A DNA stretch of 64,000 nt from Eledone cirrhosa (Eukaryota). A model generated the notes under the pieces. The model searched no databases. It saw only the letters and a program-made list of their open reading frames with translations, and was not told where the DNA came from. The stretch covers positions 86,552,001 to 86,616,000 of the forward strand of contig OZ024740.1 of NCBI GenBank assembly GCA_964016885.1. Reading direction: 5' to 3'. Shown one piece after another: positions 12,055-26,450 of the stretch; position 1 is the stretch's first letter, and each line of letters begins with the position of its first letter. The translations under genes were made by a program, and so were the position numbers.

Positions 12055-12630
12055 AGTTTTGCGATATTTGGCCGAGCCATGTCGAGCAAGAGGGTTGGAT
12101 CTTTTATTTTGACCATTGCTGGATATATACGCTTCAATGTTTATAGGCTTTATGTATTGCATTGATTTCATGACAATACGTTCCTACTGAGAATGTTTTT
12201 CCAGGATTCAGAAAGCTGTAGTGGATTAAACCGACTGCGCGCCACCAAATTGTCACCATAATGTTGTTTTTGGTGTGACGTCGGCTTTGGGAAGTGTTTA
12301 ATAGCTGCAGCTGAGTCCAACCACTGTGCTGCATGTCTTAGGTCGCTGTATAGGACCCACCTTTCATCACAAATCTCATATCACAATGTAATCAAGAAAT
12401 GGGTCGTTTTACAAGTTGTCTGTTGTCTGGTTTTCGTGTAATTCCCGATGAAACTTCCTCGCGATATTCTAGTTCAGTTCAAATGTTCAGAGATTATTCT
12501 GATGCTTTCATCTAGCTCCCCAGTAAGCATTGTATTCGAACAGTTATTTGAGGACTTGCTTATACCAAAACCTTCAATTCCTCGTTGTCAATAGCAAAAG
12601 GACGCCCGCTCCTTTTTTTATATTGTCATC
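12055..12630 (-). mobile_element. mariner transposase remnant
   Basis: Minus-strand fragments CDERWVLY, IMVTIWWRAVGLIHYSFLNPGKT and LLLDMARP (degenerate HDNARPH). Confidence 0.8.
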
Positions 12631-12674
12631 AACGATAAGACTCAGTAAGATATAACATCACAAGGAAGCCCTCG

Positions 12675-12940
12675 ATGAAATTAATGTGCAAATTAATGTG
12701 CAAATGACTGAGCTCTCCACAAACTCGTGTAGCCTTAACGTACATCACAGGAAGATTTAGCGTGACATGCGACAATTCTAGCCCTTTGAAGTACAGGTAC
12801 AATTCATTTTCGCCAGATAAGTTGACTGGAGCCATGTAACGTAAGGTGCTTTGCCCAGGTACGCCACCCGCTGCCAAGAATCGAACTCACAAGTTTACGA
12901 TCATAAGCTAAAAGCCCTAACCATAGAGCCGCGTGCCTTC
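12675..12940 (-). mobile_element. tRNA-derived SINE, second family
   Basis: Similar to 52240-52553; head carries a GAGTTCGATTC B box on the minus strand. Confidence 0.7.
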
Positions 12941-14442
12941 TTATATAGCCCACACACACACACTTGTGTATATGTATGTGTGTGTTTGTAAGTATATCTG
13001 TGTGTGAATTGAATTAGCCTAGCTATCAACTAGATCTGCGAGATCGAGTTCTGAAAAGTCTATACAATTAACTTTCTAACGATGCTACAAGAAACCAAAT
13101 CTGTGCCAAGTTCTCTGTTCAGTAGTCTGTACATCAGACTGGCCATTTAGAAAATCATTATACACGCGCTAAATAATAGTTCAGCTCGTTGAACAATAGC
13201 AGAACTAAACTGTTAATGCCATGGGTGAAATTAGTTAAATGAGTATTAGATTTTTCGTAATTTTGTTTCTTAGGATCATTTAGATATAATGGTTTCTTTT
13301 GAATCGGCGCAAGGCCAATGTTTGTCAGCAGCAAAGTTTATAATAGATTGAATTGATTGTAATAAATTACTGGGCCTTAACTTTTTTTAATTGCTACAAG
13401 TATTGCCCCAAGGAGACAGTAATGGATTTAATGTTGTAAATTATCAAGATGGCTTTCTAATATCTGTACAATCAACTTTATTTTAGCAAGCTAACGATGG
13501 GGCTCCATAATTAGCTGAAAATAGCGGCTAAATTCTATACAAATGTTACTCTATCATCTTGAAAATAGAAGAACAAGATTGCACAAGGTACTCTGTGTAT
13601 TACTATATATGCAGAATGAAAACGATGAAATGGTTGAACGTCCTTGACAATAAGGTACATCAGATTCGGTTTGAACTGTGGATAAAAAACAGGAACTAAA
13701 GCCATACCTCAAATTACGAGGACTTCTTTTAAATCTGAAAATCTTTATTATTTGGTTGTTTCCTTTTAAATAAAGAAAATGACATATTAGATAAAGTAAT
13801 TCTACATAACCTTAAAACAAGATTGGCCATGATTGAACGGGTTTGATCGTAGGTCGGTTCAATCAGGACTAGCCTATGGTTAAACAAAAACAGTGGCGTT
13901 GACAACGGCAATAACAACTACACGGAAGATTTAGGTCAGTAAAATATGTGTGTATGAGTGTGTGTGTCTGTGTGTATGTGTGTGGGTGTATATATATATA
14001 TGCGCAGACAGGATTATTTAAAGAAGCTGATAGATGACAACCCACCCCACAAAAAAGAAAAACCGTCGTAAGAAACCTGATACTTTTTACTGAAGCATCT
14101 ACATAGATATATTATATAGTGTTGATAATACATCAGTATTTTAACATTTGGTTTTGATATCTTAAACAATCCATTATTCATTGCTACGGCATGTCTTATA
14201 CATATTGGTATTTCTTAGCAAATGCTTTATTCATATGTATAAGCACACATACACACACACATACACACATACATACACACACATACACACACACTCACGC
14301 ACACATATTTATATAGATATATATATGAGTATGCAAATTAATACGCAGATTTATACATAGATACATTATAAATATATAATGTATACATGTATAAATACAA
14401 TCTATATGCGTATAAATGTGTGTAATAATACATATATATATA

Positions 14443-14522
<80 letters not shown>

Positions 14523-16287
14523 CATCTGTATTCATATGTATATTAACACACATATATATGCACACATGTTCAAACACATTTATGTAACATGCATGTGTAC
14601 ATACATATACATACATATATACTTCGCTTGATACGTATACTTGTATCTACATCGATTATTTTAAAGTGTTAATATGTGCTGCACGCATAGAGTTATCCCT
14701 ACTTACATGCATAATCTTACACTTGTATATTTATAAGTACGCACAATCAAATATTGAAATGGATAAAAGCACATACAAATATATAATGGACGTGGTCGCT
14801 CATATTGATATTCATGCACCAGAGTGTTTTTGACATAAGCTGTTTATAAATAGTCACGTGTATCTAAGCCGTTAACGAATCACATTGCAGCCCCGATAAA
14901 AGCACTCAACATACACACTACTTTGGCAATATCAATGTTCCAATGAAACCTAACCTGAATATTTTCCATACCAAATGATCTTATATTATGGAGTTATTTT
15001 GTGTATAACAGAATACAATTGTGGGAGTTTTAGCTGAAACATATTGCCCTTTCAATGTTTATCGCCTGAAAGTTGTTGGAAAACCTGAAAAATGCGTTAT
15101 ATAATATTTTATTTCGTTAGAGATTCTTCTTACTTATGTTTTCAAACCTCATGGGGTAGCTTTCTGTCTTTGGTAGATAAAATATCTTCCGGTAATATTT
15201 ATGTTAAAGTTTTTCCCAAGCCTAAAGTCTCATCTGACTGGAGCTTATCCTGATGCCATGAAGAGTTAAATGACTGAGAAATAAAGACGCCTTTCTGTTG
15301 GTACTCATGTGTTTCAGTTGAGTGAACTGGAGCAACTAAATTACAATGTTGAGTCCAACACCTTAACAACTAGCTGGAGCACAGAACTTGAATCTTGAAT
15401 AAATCAATTGTCCACACTTCAACTTATAGAAAATGTCCTGTGACAAGGAATCGTCTTTCGTAGATTTGCGTCGGACATAATGTTCTTCGAAGCTAATATT
15501 ATTTCAAGTTTCACAAAATCATTTATGTCAGTGTATTTGGGATTCTTACCTCAGTCGTATTCTCTAGCGTGAAGAGATCCGTCAGACACCAGTTTTAGTC
15601 GATTAAATAGACCTTAGTATTTCTCTGTATTTCTTTTTTTTTTTTTTCGATCACGGTATGATGACAAAGATGACATCGGTGAAATTTGAACTCAGAAACT
15701 GAAGTGACTGAAGAAAGCAATGTTTTTAAAAACTTCCAATCATCATAGGAACAATATCTTTATCTATGTCTTTTTATCTTGTGGTATGGTGTATAAATGT
15801 TTCAGTGAACCGAGTAGACAACTTTAATTTTATGCTACTTAATAGGGATGTTTTGTCTCTGAAAACTCTACCAAACACGCAAAGATATTATCCTTGAGAT
15901 CAGCAAAGCTTGTGATTCTGTTTGCCAGGAGAATATCTGTAGGTGGCTCTCCGCCATAAGTTTCATTGCAGTAATTGTTGACGTAGTTTACTTTGGTCTG
16001 TTTTCTATTGTATTGCTAGAGTTTAATGCATAAACCATTTAATGCAGTTTCTTCTACACACAGTGAAATCTTCACTGTCATATGTTCGACATAATTTCTT
16101 CATTACACACTGATCATCTCACCTAAATATACTAAATATATTGGTGCACTCTCTAAGTGAAATTAAAAACAAAACAAAACAATATTTTATATCTATGTGG
16201 AAGTAGCGGTAATGGTTTTCTTGTTATGTTCTCAGTGTAACTGCTGTGTTGAAATATCTTAGTATATTATGGCTATGTAGATTACAG

Positions 16288-16450
16288 GCGGCGAATTGCC
16301 AGGGTTGTTAGAACGTTGGATAGAATGCTTTGCAGTATTTTCCACGACTCTCCTCTGCTCTCTGAGTTCAAATCTCGCCGGGATCAACTTTGCCATTCAT
16401 CCATTTAAAGTCGAGAAAAAAGCACCAATCTAGTAGTGGAGTCGATTTAC
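16288..16450 (+). mobile_element. tRNA-derived SINE (Meta-like core), diverged
   Basis: GGCGGCGAATTGCCAG..GAGTTCAAATC..AACTTTGCCATTCATCC. Confidence 0.7.
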
Positions 16451-16963
16451 CCTCCATATCTCTTTCTTACTGATTTTCCACCTTTCTCGCTCTCTAGCTC
16501 TCTTTCTCTGGAGGAAATCTGTTGTATTCAGAGCTGGAGAAGAGATGGGCCCCACCAGAATGAGTAAAAGACGCAGTCACAGATAAACAATTGCTCCCCT
16601 TGGCTATCGGAGGTATTTAGTGGTGGCCACTCTGTTGAAAGCATTTGCTTTGTTTTCAGTATAAAATATTTTCATCTCAGCAGTTTAAAAGGCCCTCAAA
16701 CATCTCAAGGATTCTTGAGTTTTCCAGTAATAAAGCATTATGGGAAAGGGGAAGCAGAATGAGAGGGAAAACGATTTGGTATGGAAGCAGCGAACGAACG
16801 ATAAAATAAGCAGCAGTGCCAAGACAAAGTATTCTCACAGGGGAATTGAATAGAATCGAATTTTGCATTGACAATTTAAAGGAATATTACTGCAGATAGG
16901 ACAATCCCGTGTACACCTGTAAATACACGCGCACACACACACACACGCGCACACACACACACG

Positions 16964-17030
<67 letters not shown>

Positions 17031-18396
17031 ACGCACACAAGTGTATGCATTTATGTTTGAGTGTCTGCGTGTATTTAAGTAGCTCAGGAAAGAAACTTCT
17101 GCGTGAATAAACTACATTTACACCAAATAAGTAATATATTACTCCAATTTGCCATATCCAATTAAATGCTCACCTGAATTTACCAATGGTTCATGCTTAC
17201 TCATTCTTGCAAGCAAATACAAAGAAATACTAGAAGAAAAAAAAACGTGTGTGTGTTCCTGCGTTCGTGTGTGTTTGTGCGTACGTAATTTAATAAATCT
17301 ATAGAACTGGTAATGGTATTTTGCAAAGTTCTGAGTTTTAACAATATTCTGACATGATTTAATCTTGTAGCTTGCATGTTGAATAGACTTCCTCAATACT
17401 TCACCAGATACATCGCTGAGAACATTTACAGATATGGATTTTCAATCGAATGATACGTTGAGATTTTCATATCAATATTTTTACTTGGCTCCGGCTCAGG
17501 TAAGAAAAGTTCCAAGACATTAATTCTGTCTTTGACACAGTTTAATACCCCCAAACTGTAAAGTTCTCCCATAAACTATGACTGATGTTTGGAAATCTTA
17601 CAATATTTTATTTTAAGCTATTTTATACACGGTAAAAATATTCGTCTTTACCCGAGATTAGTTTTCGATCCAGTATGTTAGATATATCAGAAGATTAGTG
17701 AATATGGAACCGTAGTTAGTTCTATAACCTGCCATGTTGTTGAGACACTTTGTCTTTATGTAGTTTAATAAGGGTAAATCTACATGGCAAGATCTATATA
17801 AGATTTGTACCCCTAAGATGACTTACTTCTACCAATCCACCAAAACACTCAACAATTATTAACAGCTGTAGGTTTAATCTCTAGACCTAACACTCCTACA
17901 TTGAGAAAATTGCTTCATAATTATGTGATTCGAGTTGGACATCTTACAGTGCCATGTTGTACATGTTACCTCTCTCTTTGTGTTCTGAGATTAAATCCCG
18001 CCGTGAATGGGGGATTTAATCTGTCGCCCAGTTTAACAGCACAACCTGGCGGATTCTCTTGGTTATGTCTTGAGCCTTCTTCGTTGATTCACGGGCCAAG
18101 GGTCAGAGTTTTCCCTGTCGTGACTAACTCGTCCTTGTTTTTCAGACATAATGTACTCTTCGTCAAACTATCCAATTTGACCTACCCGTTTTATTTAAAG
18201 GCCGTTGTGTGTAATATGTCCATGGCGGTGAATTGCTGTTATTTAACCTTCGATCAGACCTAACCTAGCATACCTATGTATAATCAATAAAATTCCAGCT
18301 GTGACCATCCCATCATTTATATAAACATATCCCGATATTATGTTTTTCCTTTTATAACATTAATGTTTGGGACTAGGGCAGGTAATGGTAAAATTA

Positions 18397-18397
<1 letters not shown>

Positions 18398-18429
<32 letters not shown>

Positions 18430-18445
18430 TAGTAGTAGTAGTAGC

Positions 18446-18481
<36 letters not shown>
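18398..18481. repeat. (TAG)n microsatellite
   Basis: Directly visible. Confidence 0.95.
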
Positions 18482-18483
<2 letters not shown>

Positions 18484-19313
18484 GGGAGGGTGTTAGTGGT
18501 GGTGCTATCATATAAATCCTCCTAGCAATGCAGTTTGTATGTGATACGTTACCAACACACAGAGAATCCCTATCACCACACAGCGTCACCATCACTGACA
18601 CCATCGCGTCTATATGATTAAAGAGAAAGAGGGAAAGAGAGAGGGGGAGAAAGAGAGAGAGAGCGAGAGAGAGAACAGTTTTGCATTCTTGCTAAGACTG
18701 AACCTGCCGCCAGATACTACTGCACGATATTACCATTGTTTACATTGACACAAACACTAGTTATTAACAGTATTGATGGTCACACTCTTATTCTCTTTCT
18801 TCCGATTCCTCTCTTTGATAATCTGTCTTGACACGCACACACCTATCTCTCTCATTGCAATCTTTGCAGCCTCGGATTATAACAACAACAGCAGCAGTGA
18901 AAACAATACAAAGAACAACAACAATTATTACCACCACTAAGATGACAACAGAACAAGAGCAAGAAAAACTATTACTATGACAATGATGACAGCAAACCAA
19001 CATCTACCACGACTACTCCTATAACGATGACGACAGCAGAAATTGCCCCAACCACCAGAACAATAACGATGTGCAACAAACAACAAGACGTAGAAATATT
19101 GGAACAACTAGAAACAGTAGCGAAATCTCAAAATTGTAGCCTGCTTTATTAAAAAAATGAGAGGGCATATTAATAATTTAGTCTTTGATTTACTTTGATT
19201 ACACAACAGGATGGTTACGGCTTGAATGTCTCTGGATATGACTTCTTCATCAGGCCTGACTATAGATCAAACAACAGTATAGTCTGAGGAAATATCGATG
19301 ATAATATAAATCA

Positions 19314-20215
19314 CTAGTAGTGGTACCCTAGTAGTGGCGTTGCACGGAGTAAGGTATTTTGGAACGCGGGCTGCCAACAGACCTAATCGTGGAAAAACTG
19401 CATGTCTGGACAATATGTAAAGAAAATAAACCGAATACTCTGATGGCTGGATAATCTTTAAGATTTTTCTCAATGAAGCAGGAAAAATGCAGGTTTTCAC
19501 CTAATGAGGGCCCTAGCGCATCAAGAATATGAATTTTTTTATGTGCATAATATGCCTTTAAATTTCGGGAAAATCGGCTAGATGTAACGCCTCCAAAAAG
19601 CCCTAAGAAGCTGCAAAAATGAAGTTTTTCACCTAGGCCATAAGAAAGTTGGATTTTCTTTACTTACGGTATGAAGAAGAGACTGACTAATACATAGTTA
19701 CAATTTCAAGGAAATCGGTCTGACGTAACGCCTCAAAAAAGCCCTAAAAATCTTAAAAAACACAGTTTTTCATCTAATGCGGGCCCTAGGAGATAAAAAA
19801 AAAGTTGAATTTTTTATGTGCATAACACTCCCTGAAACATAAGTAATACACATGTAAAGTTTGAAAAAAATCGGTTGCGTACTTTTCGAGTTTTAGGGAT
19901 TCAAACTCACAGACACACACACACGCACACAGACAGACATCCTCAGGGAAGTGACGTAATGCAGACAGCCAGAATGCAGACAGATATTATAAGGGCGCGA
20001 CGTTATATGTATGTATCTATCTAAAAAGAGAAAGACTAAGAATTATCGCTAAATCGCTTAATGCGGTGCCTAGGGCATTGAAAATTTGAAATTGTCTTTT
20101 GCTCAGAACACTCCCTGAAACATAAGAATTACATGTGTAAAGTTTTAAAACAGTCGGTTGGGTGGTTCTCGAGTTTTAGGGATTCTAACTCACACACAGA
20201 CAGACAGACATCCAC
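19314..20215 (-). mobile_element. Non-autonomous Helitron-like element(s), two fused partial copies
   Basis: The CTAG 3' end and subterminal region match 22076-22110; there are (CAGA)n 5' modules at ~19930 and ~20200; 19950-20215 matches 22372-22650. Confidence 0.7.
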
Positions 20216-20832
20216 ATGGCTGTGTGGTTCTCGGTTCTATCTTATTCGGCGGAATCGTTTCCCTTTAATTATTTACGTGAATTCCAAATATTTATTTGGT
20301 GAAATTCATAATTTAAAGATTGAATTTTTAAATCATTTCTAGCCAATTAATTTATCGATCCTCTACACCTTTCCCGACCCCAAATCAGGTAACAGCATTA
20401 ACTACAGAAACTATGAAACAAAATCGGTAAAAACAATATTGATTCCTAAAAAATTCAGCTTGAAAGTTTTTCTTCGTAGCAGAAAAATATTCTTGTCACT
20501 ACCTCTGAGGTTCGGCCGAAACGTTCGGACTGACCAAGATGCTCTCATGGAATGACCACATGTGGTTTATTTTTTCAAACACAATCCCTGCAAAGAAACA
20601 ATGCAGGTATTAATAAAAACAGTTGAAATTAATATATGAAAAAATGCACAGCTCTAGCATCACTCCTTCATAGCCTATGAACCTTTCAGCTGACCCCCGT
20701 TCTGCAGATATGAATACATCATTAAAACATGAAGCTCCTTTGAGAAAAAGCCCAATATTTGTGAAGAACTAAAATGATAGCATTTTTTTTTTCATTAAAG
20801 TTGTATAAGTTCTATCAAGCACTGATGTTTAC

Positions 20833-21095
20833 AAGGGTTGACTGGAACATTCATAAGCTGACCAAGATACTCTCATAGAATGAGATTTTTCAACATAGTC
20901 CCTCTTGCGGTCCACACAATTCTTCCGTCGGCGTTGCATTAGTAAAGAAGCTTTCGCCCTGTTGGTAAAAAAGTCATCTGCAGTAGATATTATGTCATCA
21001 CTGCAATATCGGTTCCCAGCCAAGTGCTTTTTCATGTTGGAGAACAGATGATAGTCGGATGGGGCCTAATCCGGAGAATAGGGAAGGTGATTGTC
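20833..21095 (-). mobile_element. mariner transposase C-terminal remnant
   Basis: HLPYSPD*APSDYHLFSNMKKHL contains the YSPDLAP motif with a third catalytic D. Confidence 0.8.
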
Positions 21096-21600
21096 TAAGC
21101 TTGGGGCAGTAAGATAAAGGCGCTACCTCCAGAAGAATTATCCAAAACGTAGTTTACTTGCTCCATACAGAGAACATAAAACACCGAGAAAATATTTCTT
21201 TTGTTTTTGCACATCAAGCTAGAATTTATGAAAAACAAACGCAATGGGTAAAGAACAAATTAATTCAACCACTTGGGAAATAAGCTTCCTTGGATGGCAC
21301 AATTAAAGAAAGTATTTTTGCATGTCCTTAGATTAGAGCAGAAGTTCTCAAAGTAGCCGCTACCGCCCCCCGGAGAGTGGGGGTACTTTGAAAAGGCCCA
21401 GGGGGTGCTGGGGCTAAGGGGGTTTGTAGAGATAATATAATAGTATATTAAATATAAAATGGTACATATTATATATAAATATAGCAAAATAAAAAATATA
21501 TAATATTTATTTATAGATAGTATAGATGCCAAGGGCGGTGCCCCAGCATGGCCTCAGCCGGATGGCTGAAACAGGTAAAAGAGTAAAAGAGTATATATTA

Positions 21601-21985
21601 TAAATGAACTCCAGCCAAAATTAAACAGAAAACATGAGGGGAATAGCAACATCGTAACTTGTAATTAAGGACAAAATGAAGACATACAGAGACACAAAAA
21701 CCAAACTAATAAAACAAACCAGACACACACTGATAGAACAAACAAACAACAAGTAAATAAACAGATAAATATATAAATAAACAGCTCAAAAACAAGATGG
21801 TGTAGGATAGAACAAAGGAGAGACACAAAATAACAACCCAGTCAATGAGGAGGTCTCAGAATGTGTGACGAAACAGCTTTGACAATATATAAACAACCAT
21901 CCGGCTATCAAACCAACCAAACGGAAATGTTTAATAAATTGAAGTGAAAACCAACAGGTGCGTGTGTTTTTATTGGCAACACGAT
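21601..21985 (+). mobile_element. PLE family C 3' fragment with degenerate hammerhead (21841-21883)
   Basis: NELQPKLNRKHEGNSNIVTCN* matches the end of the GIY-YIG ORF 31886-32335; GTCA ATGAGGA G GTCTCA..TGTGAC GAAA CAGC TT TGAC. Confidence 0.8.
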
Positions 21986-22075
21986 CCTCCCATATATAAT
22001 AATATCTGTTTCAACACACGTTTTCAGATGAGAAATCTTGCAAAACAAATTCAAAAACGAAATTATATTATTTAC

Positions 22076-22670
22076 TAGCAGTGGTACCCGGCTTTGCACG
22101 GGATAAGGTATTGTGAAATATATAACCACCTTAGCTAAGCTTAGTATTGCCACAACCACGGCTGGCAAAGAAGTAAGAGTCTGGTGGTATGTAACTAAGC
22201 AACACTGTGGCTTAAAACGTGAGGAAGAAGTTGTGTGCACTTACCAACTGTTTGGGGAATGAGTGTGAGATTTGTCTTGAGCAAGGGTGGCAGAATAACC
22301 GGAGGCAGCAGACAGCCAGACATACAGACAGATATTATAAGGGAGCGTTCTGGACGCAGAGCGAATTGTAGAAAGTGACGTAATGCAGACAGTTAGACAT
22401 ACAGACAGATATTATAAGGGCGCGACGTTATATGTATGTATCTATCTAAAAAGAGAAAGACTAAGAATTATAGAGAGAGATCGCTAAATCGCCTAATACG
22501 GTCCCTAGGGCATTGAAAATTTGAAATTTTCTTTGCTCAGAACACTCCCTGAAACATAAGTAAGTATTACATGTGTAAAGTTTGAAAACATTCGGTTGGG
22601 TGGTTCTCTAGTTTTAGGGATTCAAACTCACACACACACAGACAGACATCCTCAGTTTTATATATATAGA
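22076..22670 (-). mobile_element. Non-autonomous Helitron-like element
   Basis: 5' end TCTATATATATAAAACTGAGGATGTCTGTCTG; 3' end CCCGTGCAAAGCCGGGTACCACTGCTAG (hairpin + CTAG) followed by T. Confidence 0.8.
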
Positions 22671-22707
22671 CTAGCAGAAAACCACTCGATTGGCGGTTTT
22701 CTGCTAG

Positions 22708-23190
22708 TCTATATATCTAAAACAGAGAATGTCTGTCTGTCTGTCAGCTCACTAAAACTTGAGAACCATCCAACCGATTGTTTTCAAACTTTAGACATGG
22801 TCCTGTGAGTGTTTTGAGCAAAAATTATTTCAAATTTTCAATGCCCTAGGGACCGCATTAGGCGATTTAGCGTTCTCTCTATATAATTCTTGGTCTTTCT
22901 TTTTAGATAGATACATAGATATAACGTTGCGCCCTTATAATATCTGTCTGTATGTCTGGCTGTCTGCATTACGTCATTATGACGCGCTCAGTGTTTGTGT
23001 GTATATATATATGTATCGTAATGCAGACAGCAAGTCAAAGCTTTTCTTCCTCTCTTCCAGCGTCTCTCTCTCTCCCTCCCGCTATCCCCCTCTTGTAGTC
23101 TGTCTCTTTCTTTCACTCTCACTCTCTCTCTACGCGTCGGACAGACAGAGAAATTGCTGGTTATATATTATAAGGAGATTATATATAAAT
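22708..23190 (+). mobile_element. Helitron-like element, 5' part of a sister subfamily
   Basis: Starts TCTATATATCTAAAACAGAGAATGTCTGTCTG; inverted homology to 22372-22670; the right boundary is uncertain. Confidence 0.7.
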
Positions 23191-26100
23191 TAACGATTTT
23201 ATCTATTATATATTATTTACAATTTGCGTGTAGGCAGGTCTCTCTGGAAATATGGGGGGGGGGGGTATTACGTTGCCGTGAGAAGGGCAGAGGCCCAAAA
23301 TGCTTGAGAAACTCTGGATTAGAAAATTAAGAGATGAGCGATTTGAATGTGCAAATTATTTGGTAAACTATTATGAAACAATTAAATTTATTAGGTTTTA
23401 CCAAGCAATGGGATGGAATGGGTTATTAAAGTTTTAATTCTTGGAATCTCGCCGGAATGGTTGGCTGCAGCAAATAAAGATGGCGAACCTTTTGAGATTT
23501 GTATGTTCAATCATAGATAGTTGATGAACAACAAGAGCCACAACAACCTCTCTCTAGCCACCGAAGGTCATCAGCCAATTTCGGGCTTTCTTCCGTGTTC
23601 TTGTCCGTCCATTACATCATCTTGCGCAACCACCTACTTCGTGTATTATATCTTTTTTACTTAAGTGTTCATTATTGGGGGAGGGGGTACGTCTAACGAA
23701 GGTATACCTGATAGATATAGGAACAGCATTGAATATCAAGTGCTTTGATAATACATAGAAATAACGCATCAAGAAATGTCTGCATTTATAGGTTTTGTTT
23801 ATCAGTTGTTAAAAATTTAAGTAAAAAGAAAGTAATATATCTTTGGGACATTAGTACTTATGTAAAATTTCATAAGTAAATGTGTGACATTATTAAATAT
23901 TAAATAATTCAAGAAATTTTATAACTAACTTCCATGTTGAAAATAGTTACGGGTAGTTTCTTATTTTGGCACAAAGCCATATATGTGTAGGCCATAGATA
24001 TCATTGATGAAATCGATGCCAGTATATGATTAAAGTTTCATTTTATCAGAACTTTACAGATGTAAGACAAATTCTGTTGCAGACAGATTTAGAATAGAGA
24101 TACGTAAAGAGACTAAACTTAATGCTGGCTTTGTCCTTCGCCCAGAACTTCTCGTGGAGTCGTAACAGCGATTTCGTGACATCACAGGATTTGTTGGGTA
24201 TTTAAATTTGGTAGCGGTTCCCACCCCTCAGCAGGTTTGATCAGGCCGATTTCTTCGAGAGCGAGCGAGAGCAAGATAAACATAAGAAAATATGAGTGCA
24301 TCAAGAAGGAGAATTGACCCCAGTATGCGAGATCAAGAGGGTAAAAGGCAAAGTTGACGCGGAGGAAATGAAATTAGAGCACAAACAGCTGGAACGAATA
24401 CCGTAAAGGATTTTACTCGATATTCTAACGGTTTTTTTGCATGTACTTCTTTAATACAATACTATAATGCATTTAACCACAGAACGCTACCATTTTTGGA
24501 GCCTCTACGTGGCTTCTCAATCTGCTAATTTTAGTAGTCAATTCTACCTTAAATCCCAGTCTACTATCTTAGAACAGGATACGTTCGATACATAGTAAAA
24601 CAATGAGACAATCTGCTTTTGTTGATGTCATTGTTATAGTTTCAGCTTCGCATGTGTTTGCCGGTCTCCAGTGAGGTTGTATATGATACGATATTTCTTT
24701 AGTATTCTTGTAAAAAGGCTTCTATTTCTGTCATAATACAGATGAAATTGGAACTCACAATGCACAAAGTCGAAATAGATACCGCTCTGCCTATTCTGCC
24801 AATTCACCGTCATATACTGGTATTTTATCAACACTCGTAAGATGACAGATAAAGTTGAACTCAGCAGAATTTAATCTAAGTTGTTAAGTCATTTAACCCG
24901 ACGTTCTAAGTCTTCTGATATTTCATCGCCTGGTACTCTGAAGGTCCACTCTATCTAGGATTAATCAACAATAACAACAACACGAATGATAAAATTTGTA
25001 GAAGCCATATGTGGTTGTTTGATAAATTAATAGTGTAGTTAAAGTAATGTTATGTTCAATGTTTGATGTTCATATATAAACATAATTTAGTTTTATGTAA
25101 AACTAGAAGGTATTCATTAGGACAGGTATAAACGGTACAAACATTCATTACACTGAGTGTTCAAAAAGCAATTGTCAATAATGCACACAAAATTTACAGT
25201 GACAAGCAACTAAAACATTTATATAAAGGATTTTAGTGGAGATTCATACAATTACGTTTGTGTTTACTGAGTCATTTGATAGTGTGGTGCAAAATAGACT
25301 TATTAACGTACGTGCTTGTACGCGATATTGCAACGTGGAATCTTATTCGACTTGAAACCAGCCTAATATTTTATGCCAGGTAAAATGTGGAAGATAAGAG
25401 AGTCAGTAACGAGTCGATGTCGGTTTTGTTAATAGATAGACGTCTCTAGTGAGGGAATCAAATGCCTAGGTTTAAAATTTACTCAAATCACGATGCTGGT
25501 GGCTATTACATAAGAACTAAAATGCGCAACTTTCAGGAACATTGGTGATTGACTGAAAGAACCCAAGTGTCTTTCAGTGTGAGACATCATATCAAAGTGT
25601 TTACTTTGATGGCTGAAAGCCAAATAAGTATGAGTTCCATTATAGACTTAGTCCAACGTCTATTTTCTGCTACAATAGTATTGATATTAGTATTTATTGT
25701 ATCACCAACGGATCAATGGTAAGTAAAATCTTTCTTGGTGGTATTTGAACATAGACGGTAAAGGACAGAAACGAATTACAGTAAAAAGACTAACTGTCCT
25801 GTTTCTATTGTATTTGTTTTTACGAGATATTAGGTCACTTTTCCTGGATGAGTATTGAACCGATTTCAAAAAATGTAATGTAAATGTAAACGGAATCAGG
25901 ATTTGAACTCAGCACTAAAAAGACAATAATGTGTTTAATCCATCATACTACTACTTAAATAATATTTAAACTTGGTTAATTTTGTTATTACACAAAGGCT
26001 TCGACTTCTGATGTTGTTCTTCTTTAGCTCCAAGACAGACTTTCTTGATCACATATATTGTAAAAAACTTTCCAGTCGTGAACATCACCTCTTTTAGTGA

Positions 26101-26389
26101 TTAGATTGAAATTTAACTACTATGTGTGCGAAGTCCCATAGACGTCCCCTCAATGCCTAGTACAACGTCTTTATGTTCTAGAATATTAAAGATGAAGGCT
26201 TCTGATTTAGGCACAAGGCTAACAATGGTGTGCAAGCATGGAAAATGGACGTAAAATGATAACCCTAACACTGTAACTGCGAACAAAAGGAAAATTCAAA
26301 CTGGTGGAAAGGGAGATAATTGAAAGGGAAATTAAATACTATACGGGCATTTTGTTCCACACACCGATTCTGCCAAACCCTCACTACTA

Positions 26390-26450
<61 letters not shown>

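Larger units (their letters stand above)
21339..23316. mobile_element. hAT (Buster/Charlie-like) non-autonomous shell with nested insertions
   Basis: Termini CAGAAGTTCTCAA / TTGAGAAACTCTG; 8-bp flanks GATTAGAG (21331-21338) and GATTAGAA (23317-23324) with central TA. Confidence 0.7.
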
